Assembly (NCBI GenBank): GCA_030248215.1
Contig: JASANG010003752.1
Coordinates: 62,001 to 126,000 of the forward strand
Reading direction: 5' to 3'
DNA from: Enoplolaimus lenunculus
Lineage: Eukaryota
DNA: 64,000 nt
The translations under genes and the position numbers were made by a program. Positions within the stretch are counted from its first letter, which is position 1; each line of letters begins with the position of its first letter. Positions 37,111-49,284 of the stretch are shown in pieces. Below the pieces are notes generated by a model. That model ran no database searches and had not been told where the DNA came from. It worked only from the letters and a program-made list of their open reading frames with translations.

Positions 37111-39257
37111 TCACCCCCACTCAACAGAATTAACCACTCTTTCCATGACCCCATTTAGCATTCTTCTTCCTACATTTCATGATGGGTTGCTATAGTTTTC
37201 GGTCTATTTTGAGCACAAATAGTAACCTACACAAATAAGCGTCAAGCAAACGCGAAAATGTTTCATTTAGTTTTTTCATTTCCGTTAACATAGCAACCGA
37301 AATTTGTATAACAGAATTCAGGTTTGCTTGAATGAAAATATTTTTCAATGTAAAGTTGAATGATAAACCGTAAGTAAAACCTAATCAGGCCATAGCTAAG
37401 CTGATATAATGCGTAAGCCAGGTATGGCAACTGTTAACTACAGTACATATTTTAGTTTGAAACCAAACAACGCATGGATGCACCGCCTGTTCTATTCAGT
37501 ATATCTCAACTATCAAAACCGTTTAGATTGAAAATATAAGTTGTTTAACAGCAGGTACGAATACAATAGCGTTGTTTTTGACATATAAAAATGAAATCTG
37601 TGCGACACAAAAACAATTTTTACACTGATTTAGTCAAAATTTAACGCAACAACAACAATTTCTTCGAAAATAGGTTTAATTTGTCAAATTGACAACCCTG
37701 CTTGACCCAGCGTTGACCACGTACGGTCCGATGGTTCGAGTGTTTATTTTTCTACAGTTTGAAATATAAACCACATTCGTGAGAACTTTTATTTGAAAAA
37801 TTAAACTAAATTGAGGTTGTGAGACAAAGTTTATTGAATGCTTAATTCACAGACCCGACGACGTGGGTAGAATTTAATCTCGATATATCTGGTATGTCGT
37901 GGATGATATTTGCAAGCGAGCGAATAGCAATCAAGAGTAAACTTTTATTTAACCAATAGAAATCGCTCAAATGCCAGCGCAAGAGCCGATTTGTTTCTGA
38001 TTGGTCTATGGCAATTTTGGAAGGCCTATACCTATATTACATGTAACTCGTACTTTTCAGCACCTTTAGCTTATGACCACAATGATACAGTTCTACTACT
38101 TGGTTACCTGGTTTAGATGCGGTAGAATAGAAATAGGGAAGTGTTTGAACCAAACGTTTGAAAAAAATTAGGTTTTTGAAATAAAGAATTGGGTAGTGGA
38201 TTATTTACGTAAAATAATGCGCGCATACTTGTAAAAATTTGTCCACCCACCCCCTAAGGACCAGTGTCCAAATATGATGCTATAACGAGGGCCTGATGAC
38301 AACACGCACCATGTGCTTAGAGAACCAGTTTTGTCATGACACAGTTCCATGGGAGTAGGGATTAAACAGAGTCCCTCGGTAGGGACTTAAACGGAAACTC
38401 TAGCTATAAAGTGAATAAAGAAATTCTATAATTCAATTAAAGCTTAAACTAATCTTGCACTATAACCATTTAGATTAACTAAACTAACCAGCAGGTTATG
38501 TTTATATTAATTTGAAGTCTGCGTATTCCAGTTTGACCTAAAGGTTAACCAATTTCAAAATATACATAATTTTTAAGCAACGCCTACAACTTAAACTTCA
38601 AATAAGTATAGTTTAATTTTACCGAAACTTTTGTTGAAAAAGTACTTAATATATGTATATAGATTGGCAAGTTTTAGTATTTGAACAATAATTATTTATA
38701 TTTCAAGATTTTATTGCTTTATTTCCCCTGCTTTGAGGTTTTAATCTTACGTTCCTTTACAAATTCGCTACCCCCTCGCACTGTTTTTAGGCAGCGTAGA
38801 CAACTGGCCAGATTTGTTTTTATTGGTTGGCGAAATATTGAAAACTCAAATTTAGAAGTTAAATGGTATTGTAAATTCCAATGAGTTAATTAATCAACTC
38901 AGACCAGACTACCTGAAAGAGAATTAAGTATTTCTGGTTCTTTGTGATTTCATAATAGAGTAATCATTAACTCACTCTGAGCGGACTTACTTCCGGGAAT
39001 GTTGACTACATAACCGAAAACGAGTTGAAACAAATCAGAATTTTGAGTTGTGAAAGACCTAACTCAACGCTGACAGAGTTCCGAACGGATTCAACTTATT
39101 CTGAGTTAAAATCAACTCGCTGGTATTTACAGTGTTCAGGATTTAAAACATAACTGTCATAGAATTTTGTTATAGTTTCTGCCAGTTTATATAGTAAATA
39201 CACATGTATTCTGTTTTAAATTCCCACAAAATTCGGAAGGTGACATGGGTCAAACGC

Positions 39258-39432
39258 AGTGGCGGATCCAGGGTCTCAAAATGTTGGGGGGGAGCAAAAT
39301 TTCACAGGTAATAAACTTATTTTTGACCCACACACAAACCACGAACTATTGCCATAAAATTGCTATATAATTTTTGTTGAGATGCTGTTGGGGGGGGCCA
39401 TGGCCGGGGTGCCCCCCTTGGATCCGCCATTG
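39258..39432. mobile_element. CAGTGGCGGATCC...GGATCCGCCAYTG MITE
   Basis: 13-bp TIR; relatives at ~34082-34276, 42393 and 62500-62787. Confidence 0.72.
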
Positions 39433-39913
39433 GTCAAACGTATCCTTCACTTGCAGTCGTTCCTGGTCGTCTCCAGATATTTCCAAACTGTCCTGTTCTA
39501 ATGGTTCTGAATATCTTGAAAAAATAACCGCAGAAATCATAGAAGACTCTGTTTTGGGTACGACCCTGGTACTTAATTCAAATTTCGCAATATTATGCGT
39601 TTACTAGGTTTCCTTTTGAGGGAGTAGTGTGAAAGCTTTTTTAGGCTTCAGTATGCAGCACACGCCAAAGCCAAAAAAGCTTCAGTGTCCATCTCTGACA
39701 TTACCGCCTCAAAAGTCACCTGGTGTACGCATGATATTGCGGAAATTGAAAAAAGGGAATTCAGTGTTATTAATATTGCGTTAATGAAATTTATAAAGGA
39801 ACTCGATTGTTTCTAAGTATTCTAATATGACGCAAGCAAATTTAGCACAAACTTTGAGTTAACAAATGTTGTAGGAAGTTCGTTTCAATAAACGATATAT
39901 GGGTTTACTTGTA

Positions 39914-40362
39914 CTGTAGTGACCCGAATAAGAGGGTGTGAAATAATAAGAGAGGGTACCCATTTTGAGCCGAAATCTATAGGAGTCCGTATCCCTAATA
40001 AGAGTCCGTAAGCAGATAGAGTCACTAAACCCTAATTAGAGTCCATAAATGTCAATTATCGCTAATTGTAGTGCATAAATGACTCCAGGAACAAATAATT
40101 TTAGTTCGAAATTTTAAAGCGTACTTAAATTTTGAAAGTACATTCTTAAGTATAACCTTGCATGATTCGCTCAAGCTATTGGCACAAGACAAATCAACGT
40201 TTAATTCAACGGATAATTGCAATACCGGATATATATCAGTAACGAAGGATGGTGGAGCGTGGGTTAAAAATAAGTAACAGTTTGTAACCGAATAACAGGG
40301 GGCTCCCTGTGGAGAGGCTAAATAAATATCAATACCATCCCTTTTAATTCGGGTCACTACAG
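39914..40362. mobile_element. Tc1/mariner-type MITE
   Basis: TA|CTGTAGTGACCCGAAT ... ATTCGGGTCACTACAG|TA, a perfect 16-bp TIR with TA duplication. Confidence 0.78.
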
Positions 40363-42474
40363 TATATAATTTAAATTTGAACGTAATAATTGATTTTTCT
40401 TTAATTTTGCCGCACTATCAACTAAGGTTTTACTGACATTTCTGAAATCCAAAGAGGCCGTCAACGATATACGACGCGAATTTTTCACCTCAAACTTTCG
40501 TAGTAAAACCGTTACAAAAGATCAATAAATACACCCGTGTGTATGGCAAAATACGTTGCGAACAAATTCGTGTAAACTGTAAACTTTAGGCTTTATAATC
40601 TGAGCCCGTATTCTCAAATGTATGTAGCATCTATTACCAGTTGGAGATAGGTCTTGTAACTTTCGAACCTGGTAATGGTGAGGTTTGAAATTCAGTACCT
40701 TTATTACATTCGGTTTACTGAACTAATGTGCAAATTTTGCGATCTGCAATTGCTGTAGTTCGACGGTTTGAAGACGTATTGAGAACTGGTAATAATTGCT
40801 ATATGCATTTGATAATATGAGTCGGAGACTAACCTTTTCTCACATGAATATATATATTGTCACCGCTCTCAGGCTGTAACTCTTTTTCATTTGCGGCTAA
40901 TTTCAAAGAATTGTGTGCCGGTGAGAATACGACAGAACGATTTTTTCTTAAAATTGTTTCAAACAAATTCTACAGGTATATCAGCTATTATATTGGAATT
41001 TATTTATTCAGTTTACCAATTCACAGCCGGCGTTATTTAGCAGTGCAGTCTGCAGGAAAATGAGACAAGCATTACTCGTAGCTTTACTCACTGGCAAACA
41101 GCATCAAAACTGACAGTTTGTAGACCTGGGAAAGAAAAATTCACTCAAACTTGGCATGCAAAGCCTAGAAATTGTAAGTATATTCAAATCGACCAAGCAT
41201 CGCCATATTGACCGAATAACACTGCACTACCACGCAATCAAATTTTCAATATACGTAACCTACAATTAACAAATTGGGCTAATGTCACTTTTACGGGTGT
41301 AACAGTAGATTAACCGTATTCCTAAGCCTAAGCCTAAGCGTTGCAAAAATGTGCGCCTAAGCCTAAGCCTATGCCTAAACAAAAAATTGTAATATTAATG
41401 TAAACACACCTTAAAACCCCAAAACCTTCCTAAAAAAAAAAACGCAACAAATGAAAAACCCACACGGAAAAAACAAAAAACCAAAATATAAAAATAAACA
41501 AATTTTTCTTACCCTTTCATCTTTTGTCTTTCAGTTTTTCCCAAAAGGTTCCGCTCAAAACACAAAAGCCCAAATAACACAAAAATTACTACAGGGTAAA
41601 GTTTAGCGGTGACCATACGTTTGACTTTCAGTCAAATAACTTGTTTCATGAAGTATTACTTTCAAGCTACGATTCGAGTGCAAGACAAACGAACGATACT
41701 GGTTAATTTTTGGCAAAATTTAAAATGGATTTTCAGCTATAAAACAATATTTGTATTTCATTTTATATTTTTATTACTCCAACCTGCCAAGTACGATATG
41801 ATACTCTGATACGAAATGTTTGTTCAGCTTAATTTGAGAGATTTTTACTGTCTTAAGCGCATTCTGCAAAGCGTACTGCCATGTACCAGTATTAAATATA
41901 TAATTGGTCAGTTTTTAGTTCATAGCATCGACTAGCACTGTTCTTTCAAAAATTTTGGCAGAAAAATAAAACATCTTTGAAATATTTTATACGTCAACAT
42001 CCGGTTTACCGTTTCCGTTGTTTTGATCACTATCCGTTTCCGTTATTTTTACTATACGCTTGATATACTCTGTTGAGTGCACTCTAGACCGCAGTATATA
42101 CACCACTTTTCATAAAATTTGTTCAAGAGTCAATCAACCCTTTAGATTCGATGAAGTCTTTGCTCATGAATATTTTCAACGATTTATACACAAATAAAAT
42201 CTGGCATTTGAACTTGGGTCCATAAGAGGGAGGGCGTTTAGTATATGCCGCCATCGCTCGTCGAAAAGTGATTGACGAATGATCATGGTTGGATCTCATG
42301 TTTTGTGGGGATTTTGTATATACTGGGCATACGCGTTTAATACAGTTAACCACTGCGCATGGTGTAATTATCGCGTTCACAGTTGGCTCAGTCAGTGGCG
42401 GATCCAGAAATTTCTCGTGGGGTGGGATGAACAAGTGGAAATGTTAAGTTTTGGCACATGTTGATATATATTTT

Positions 42475-42659
42475 GTCCCATGTATAGAACAGGGCCGGAA
42501 CAGTAGTAAAGCATATTCCTAAGCCTAAGCTTAAGCGTAAGCGTATGGATGAGCATATTCCTAAGCCTAAGCCTAAGCGAAAAAATAGTCTAAAAGCTTA
42601 AGCTGACTCTATTATAGCCCCTCCGGAAAACGATCCGGCCCTGTTCTATATATGAACCC
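42475..42659. mobile_element. TTAGGC-carrying MITE
   Basis: GTCCCATGTATAGAACAGGGCCGGA ... TCCGGCCCTGTTCTATATATGAACCC with internal GCCTAA units. Confidence 0.75.
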
Positions 42660-43031
42660 ATACTTTTATGCATATAAAACCAGCTACAAGTTACACACAC
42701 CGACCCTTGTAAAGAACAGTTCCCTCCCAATTTTCTACCCGGATCAGCCTTTGGGCTTAGTATTGCTTACTGGAAGTACTCCATGCGGTAAAAGGTCATG
42801 GGGATCAATATTCCGTAGGTTCGCTGGGTTACAAAACATTCTACGACATTTTGACGAAATTATTGCTGTCAACCGCAGGCTTCAAATCATGAAAGCAATC
42901 GGGCACCGCCACAGGTCTGCCTTCGGCGAAAACTCGGCCTTCGAGCTTAACATCGACAGATTTTTCTCGATTGTTTTTAGTTTTTATATATTAAAGTTGT
43001 ACTTTCAGGAGTTTATTCCTTTACAATTTTC

Positions 43032-43543
43032 GGCCCCCATGTAAAGATCAGGGGCGGAACATTTTTCTGTGGGACTGCAATGGATTAAGCTTAAGCTTAG
43101 ACTAATTTTTTGCTTGGCTTAGGCTTAGGCTTAGGCTTAGGCTTAGGTTTAGGCTTTGGAATATGCTCATTCTTACGCTTAGACTGACTCTCAAAATAAT
43201 ATTTCTGATATTTAAGAAAAAATTTCTTACATTTGAGAAATATGATTAGCAAGGTGCACTTGAAGAGTATTTCTGTTATAACAGAAATGTTTTCAGAAAC
43301 GTTTTGAAATAAAGTCTGAAAATAAACGTTTTCCAGTTATTTTTAGAAAAATTGTCTTAAATATTAGCAAAACTTTTTAGATTTGCCACAGAAAACACTT
43401 TTCTGAATAAATTCAGAAATACTATTTTTGTGTGTAGGCTTGGGCTTAGGCTTACGCTTAGGCTTAGTCTTAGGCTTAGGCTTAGGCTTAGGCTTAGGAA
43501 TATGCTTATAATCCTGCTCCGCCCTTGTTCTTCATATTGGCCC
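43032..43543. mobile_element. TTAGGC-carrying MITE interrupted by a ~250 bp AT-rich insertion
   Basis: Left TIR GGCCCCCATGTAAAGATCAGGGGCGGAAC, right TIR CTCCGCCCTTGTTCTTCATATTGGCCC. Two TTAGGC arrays are separated by unrelated sequence at ~43190-43435. Confidence 0.72.
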
Positions 43544-43807
43544 AACTTCTACGCTTTAAGTGGTGGAATTTGTTCGCCAAAGAAACGTTGCCAAACTTCT
43601 ATCGACTGTTGTGAAAGCTGATCGATTGAACGTCATTTTTTCCGGCTGCTCTGGATTCAATCTCCAAGTCAAAGATTTGTTATCCTTCGGTTTCCGGTAA
43701 TTTACATCGACAGTTGCAGCTTTGTAAACCAATATTAATTTTAGTTGTAAAATATTAAGTATACTAAAATTTAGACAAAATATATTAGATTGTAATTCAA
43801 GTTCTGT

Positions 43808-46800
43808 ATGGATAATCAGCTGGTTTCAGCCGTCGAAAATACGTCTTTGCGTCGTGTATTAAACGTCTCAGTAATCACAGCAGATGCCGACAACGGTGAA
43901 GTATTTTATAATAAAGTAAGTGAAACAAGTTGAATGATATTTCCTAGGGGCCAAACTGGCCGTATGGTGGTTTTTGGCCTATTCCATATGCCTGGACGTA
44001 TCGAATTCTTCCTATTCATCAATGTTTAGGCTTTAGGCTTATGTTATTTTTTTAGTTTTAGGGTTTAGACTTATCTTTCAACCTACAGCTTGTCGACTTA
44101 GCGTTTAGATTTCTTCATAAACTTAGGCTTTCTAAAGATTAGGCAGGCAAGTAAGTGTGTTTTGTTAGCCAAACAAAATTAGAATAAACTTTTTTGTAAG
44201 CAGAAACAGGTACGAACAGCGTTTGCACCGTTTAGTGTCGGGTATTTTGAAACGTTTAGCAAATTGTTTCACTCCAAATGATAATTTATACGTTGGTCAA
44301 TAATTGTAAGGTATTTTCAGAAACCATTTTGATAAACGTTAAAACCTTCACTTAACTTTAGTCAAAGGACAATGTAAAGAACAGGAGCTGACCAGTATTA
44401 TAAACATATTCCGAAACCAAAGCCTAAGCCTAAGCCTAAGCCTAAGCCTAAGCCTGAATGAGTTATTCCTAAGCTTAAGTTAAAAGCGTAAGACTTAGCA
44501 TATTCCTAAGCCTAAGCCTATGCCAAGCAAAAAAATTATTCTAAAGCTTAAGCTTACTCTATTCTAATCCCACAGAATAACGTTCCGCCCCTGATCCTTA
44601 CATGGGCCTGATCAAATATACACACAATCCATTTTAGACTTTTTCAGTTACTAAAAAGCCGTTTTGAAAAATGATGTTCGGAACCCATAAAAAGCGTTTA
44701 AAAATACCGTTTTATTTTTTGCCATGATTCGGTCCATGTAAAGATCAGGGGCGAAGAGTTTGTCTGTCGCGCTAGAGTAGAGTAAGCTTAAGCTTTAGAC
44801 TATTTTTTGCTTGGTTTAGGCTTAGGCTTAGGCTTTAGGCTTAGAAATATGCTTATAATACTGTTCCGCCAATGTTGTTTTACATTGGCCATGATTCCTA
44901 AGGTTAAAGCATAAAGCGAAAACCATGAAGTGGACGCCGTTGTTCAGGATTTGTTATTTGGTTTCAGATCAACTTAACATTTTCAATCACAATGGTTGTA
45001 CTTGCTGTAATGGGCGTCGTTGGAAATACATTAAGCTTATACGTTTATACACGAGCCTGTATGCGTTCTTCAATTAACGTCCTGTTGTCTGGTCTGTCAA
45101 TTTGTGATGGTTTACTTTGTATCTTAGGAGGCGTTGTATTTTCAACCCCTGGATTTTGGGCGTACACCCGAGCGCCTGTGATTGTTGAAATGTTAGCTTA
45201 TATGACCGTCTATGTATACCCGTTTGCGCTAATTGTGCAAACTGCAAGCATATGGACGCTATTAGTGATAACTGCAGAACGCTTTATTGCAGTCACTTGG
45301 CCTTTAAAAGCGAAACATTGGTTAACAATTGGACGTGCGCGATGTGCAATGTCTACAACGATAATTGCAAGCATTTGCTACAATTTGGTACGGTTTTTTG
45401 AGTTTCGGCTGGTCATTGAACCTGTGTCGTCACCGCATATCGTAGTAACTCCTGCTCCAGTTTGGAAAAAGTTATCAACTTCAAATTTGTCAAATATGAC
45501 GTCATTGGATGACGTAGTCGCTGACGACATTAATAATGACGTGGTTGTGTATTTTGAAGAAATGCTTCGAGCGAATGCGGATTACAATTTAATCTATTGT
45601 CATTGGTTCTATTTAATATTGTTATTTATTGTTCCGTTTGCAATGTTGGTCGTTATGAATGGGTAAGTTTTTACTCAGACAAAATTATGCCAATATGTTT
45701 AGGGCTTGAGATTGTTTTTGCTTAGGCCCAAGCAACCTAAGCTTGGTTATACACTGCAAAAAATGATGAGTCAAATTGACTCTTTCCGAAATAAGGGTTT
45801 CCGGACTACACAAACTGAGTCAAATTCGACTCCGTCGGAGTCAAATTCGACTCAGTGAGCGATTCATTGAGTCGAATTTGAATCTGGCGAATTGGAGTCG
45901 AATTTGACTCTGGCGGAGTCGAACTTTGACACAGTTTATGTAAGTAGTCCGGAAAGCCTATTTCGGTGAGAGTCAATTTGACTCACCATTTTCTGCAGTG
46001 TATGGATTACGCTTGCCATGAAAGCATGTGGTACAAAACCGTTGCAAGCGGGGGTGCGTGCCCTTCCAATATAAGGATTAAATTGGCCTCCATAAATTTG
46101 TTTGGTTATGATAGCGTTCGAAACTTTGCGGAATCACTTTGTCTTGTTTGTGGCATAAAAAAATAAAATTTGGGCTTTGACAAATATTAACTTTGAGAGA
46201 CATAACAGGAGTACAAACCATATTCCGAAGCCTAAGCCTTAACCTAAAAACAACATTATAACCAAACCTAAACCAAAAGCCTAAGCAAAAACAGTAATCT
46301 AAACCTTAAGCATACTCCATTATAGTCTCACAAAATATAGTTCGCACCTCAAAGGAAACACAGGTTATGATTTAACCTAATGTTGTTTTACCTTCGGATC
46401 CGGCTACGATAAAGTTTGTTGACCTCCGACTCCTGTTTCTCTAACCTCACCGTTTGCACCTTGTCGAGTTAAATCGTTGACAAAGTTTAAATTTACAGTT
46501 GTACTCAGGCCCGTAGCCAGCCCACCTTGCTAGGTCGGCTAATTATTTTTTCAGCAGATGCATTTAAAGGGTTTCAATGACTTACAAGCAAAGTTTAATG
46601 TCTTGTAGGGGGTGGACATAATTTTTCCAGTGGTGGCTGAGCCCCCCTCCTGGCACCTCCTTATCTACGGGCCCACTTAACCCTTTCTCACATGAATATT
46701 TTCTATTTCCCCTGAGACCTACTTTTATGCTAGGATTCGAACTCCAGCGACTGGAGTGGGAGGCGTATACCATCACCACTCGGCTATAGGAGCTTGACGC

Positions 46801-49019
46801 TCGAGCCCGAGGGGGCTCTCACGTCTTGTGGTGATTTAGTACTATGTATACGTGTTGCTATTGTTAAACACGGTGCGATATATACTATTTAACGTGTATA
46901 CACTGCGCTTACTTGTCTACAGGCAACTCAATGTGAGAAGGGGTTAATTATTGACATTTTCAGATACATAATTCACGTCATTCGTTCCGCTCAAAAAAGC
47001 CGCTCGCAACTGTCCACTCAACAAACATCAGAGCATAAAACGTCAAAAATGATGCTTACCGTAATCCTATTGTTTCTCATCTGCAACACCCCACCGCTGG
47101 TGTTAAATTTACTCGAAATCGCAATACCGCCGCAAAAACTTGAAACGTGTCAATGGTTCTTTATATTAATTGATATTTGTAACACTTTAGTGATTGGTAA
47201 TTCAGCATCGAATTTTATTATTTATTTAATATTTTCCGCCCGGTACCGATACATTGCACTTACTACTGTGCGACAAATCGCAAACTGTACATGGCACTGT
47301 TGGTTTTGGTATATTTGTTGCGGATGCAATTGTTGCGTGCGATGTTGCCCGGCGACTTTGCGCCGCAACGCTGACGATGGGCGTAATCAATTTCGAACCA
47401 GAAATACGTTTGGCCTAAAATTAATCGTCAACAACAATCATTTGTCATCGTCGTCGGCACTGTTTTCACGGCCGACTCATGGTGGCTTAAATACTGTCGG
47501 AACCACAATTCATCAAAGAACGAGCGAAACTACAGCTGCAAACGCGGGACCAACGGCGATGCTTGAAGTTCGAACGAAAGTTGATGATTATTGTGACAAT
47601 AATTTTCCATCAGGAACACGGGGTCAGACGAACCAACAGAATGATGATATTTCGCCTTGTGATACTCCATGTCAAAGACCTTTACTGCAAATAGCCAACA
47701 AATCAGAAAATGTTCACGCTTACAGCCATCACGTTCTGTGCCGTCCAAATTTTATAGTAAAACACCTGAATCATAGTGTAAATCACTCAGCAAATGCGGT
47801 GAAATATTCGTGTGAAAATCAATATTCAAACTCTCAACAAACTTCACAGCAAACGCCACTGAAAGCTTGCAGTGTTCGAATAAATCCAACCAGGGATCGT
47901 CGTAAACAATCTCAGGGATCGTTCGATGGGCATGACAAGCTACACACGAGTTCAACTATTCCTAATCTGCTGGTAACATCGTCAGACTTACACATCCCGC
48001 ACCTCAGTCCAGGCGTTGAACACACATTTTCAACTGCTTCACGCTCGAGACGAAACGTTTCTCAAAAATTTTCGCTAAATCAAACTTTAAAACGACTTTG
48101 TGGATCTCCAAACAAAATTACTGGTGATCATAAGAATTCTGGTCAAAAGACATCAAAAACTTGCTCATACACCGACAACGATGGTGCTGACCCACAAGCG
48201 AGTGCTTCGTTGATAACAGGTCAATCAATCCCGTCTCTATGTGAGTTACCTGTTAATTTTCAAGCTGATAACCTTATTTCACCTCCAGGTAATGAGCGAA
48301 GGGAAGACTCAGAACAGATACAGAACACATCGAAATCGTACTCTTCGAACCCCAAACTACCTATACTTAAACAATCAACGAATGCTTCTAGCGATTCACA
48401 GGATATTATATTCTGTAATTTCGGAACTAATTCCAAAGTAACTGATTTGGGCCTTGTACAGCCGGGTAATATTCAAAATATACCTACCGGAAGTTCAGAT
48501 ATAGTGTTGTCGACCGGAACAAGTTCCACATCACGTTTATTTGATGCCAATAATACAACAAAGGCAACTGAACCAAGTCAACATCGCAATGGCGAACAGT
48601 TGCCATCAGCTGAGCCTAAATCGACTAGCTATGTCATTCACAATCATTCTAATAATAGTTTTAGCCGAAACAGCTTAGTCGATTATCAAGCTGACTGTGA
48701 TCTGCGGATGAATAATAACGAGAAAAGAAACAGCTGTGATGTCTGTGAAAAATTTGAATCGAACCCCACATTTCAGAATACAGCACCCACAAAAGCTGCT
48801 AGTAAACGTCTGTTTTATGGCCAGGCCGGAGAAATTTTGCACGGTAATGGGTCAAAACAACAACTCGAAATAGAAAAAGAAGACGAAAAACAACAAACTG
48901 ATGATGATGATGATGATGATGACGATGACGCTGATGACGATGATGATGACGATAGCAATGAAATATTCATTTTCAGTAACCGAAATGTAACGGTGCATCG
49001 ATTATTGACTGAAATTTAA
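43808..49019 (+). CDS. FMRFamide-peptide-receptor-like class A GPCR, about 950 aa
   Basis: Exons 43808-43915 (MDNQ..., NTS/NVS glycosylation sequons, GTAAGT donor), 44968-45662 (TM1-5: GN, LSICD, YPFALIVQTAS, ERF), 46964-49019 (TM6 FLICNTP, TM7 NSASNFIIY, long tail). Splice phases agree. The NFIIY and QTAS motifs are typical of the FMRFamide receptor family. Exon 1 is the least certain. Confidence 0.88.
44367..44608. mobile_element. MITE with internal telomeric (GCCTAA)n, subfamily A
   Basis: Imperfect TIRs GGACAATGTAAAGAACAGGAGC...GCCCCTGATCCTTACATGGGCC enclose GCCTAA arrays. Related copies at 42475-42659, 43032-43543 and 44731-44890; partial copies near 27859 and 22105-22172. Confidence 0.8.
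44731..44890. mobile_element. MITE with internal TTAGGC repeats, subfamily A (opposite orientation)
   Basis: GGTCCATGTAAAGATCAGGGGCG ... GTTCCGCCAATGTTGTTTTACATTGGCC with internal TTAGGC units. Confidence 0.78.
45752..46000. mobile_element. Palindromic CACTG...CAGTG MITE in GPCR intron 2
   Basis: Long TIRs, TA flanks, internal GAGTCGAATTTGACTC subrepeats. Confidence 0.82.
46681..46943. mobile_element. piggyBac-type MITE (TTAA TSD) with internal tRNA-like A/B boxes
   Basis: TTAA|CCCTTTCTCACAT ... ATGTGAGAAGGGG|TTAA. Minus-strand TAGCCGAGTGG (46786-46776) and GAGTTCGAATCC (~46744-46733). Confidence 0.8.
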
Positions 49020-49284
49020 ATTCGTACACACAAAAACTTCAGGAACCTATCTCATGATGCTATGGCTGATCAGGGGTGTATACAAGCGAGAACTGGAGTT
49101 TTTTTCCAACGAAATTTGTTGAAAGGTTTGAATTGTATTTTTAGAAGCTTTATAGCAATAAAAGATAAACAGATCTAAAAAATTTCTCGCCCGTTAAATC
49201 TTAAACCAAAATTGCAGCGAAAAAGTTTCAGTGTGCTGCACACTAGAGGGAAAATCGAATTAAAGTAACATGGGCCTAAATTGT

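Noticed and set aside
41400..41600. A/C-rich low-complexity segment
   Set aside because: Same homopolymer-inflated pattern, truncating a TTAGGC MITE; likely poor-quality sequence.
17600..43800. Autonomous transposase or hidden gene in the 26-kb intergenic region
   Set aside because: No long non-repeat ORF and no DDE, RT or helicase motif was recognised. Small exons cannot be excluded.
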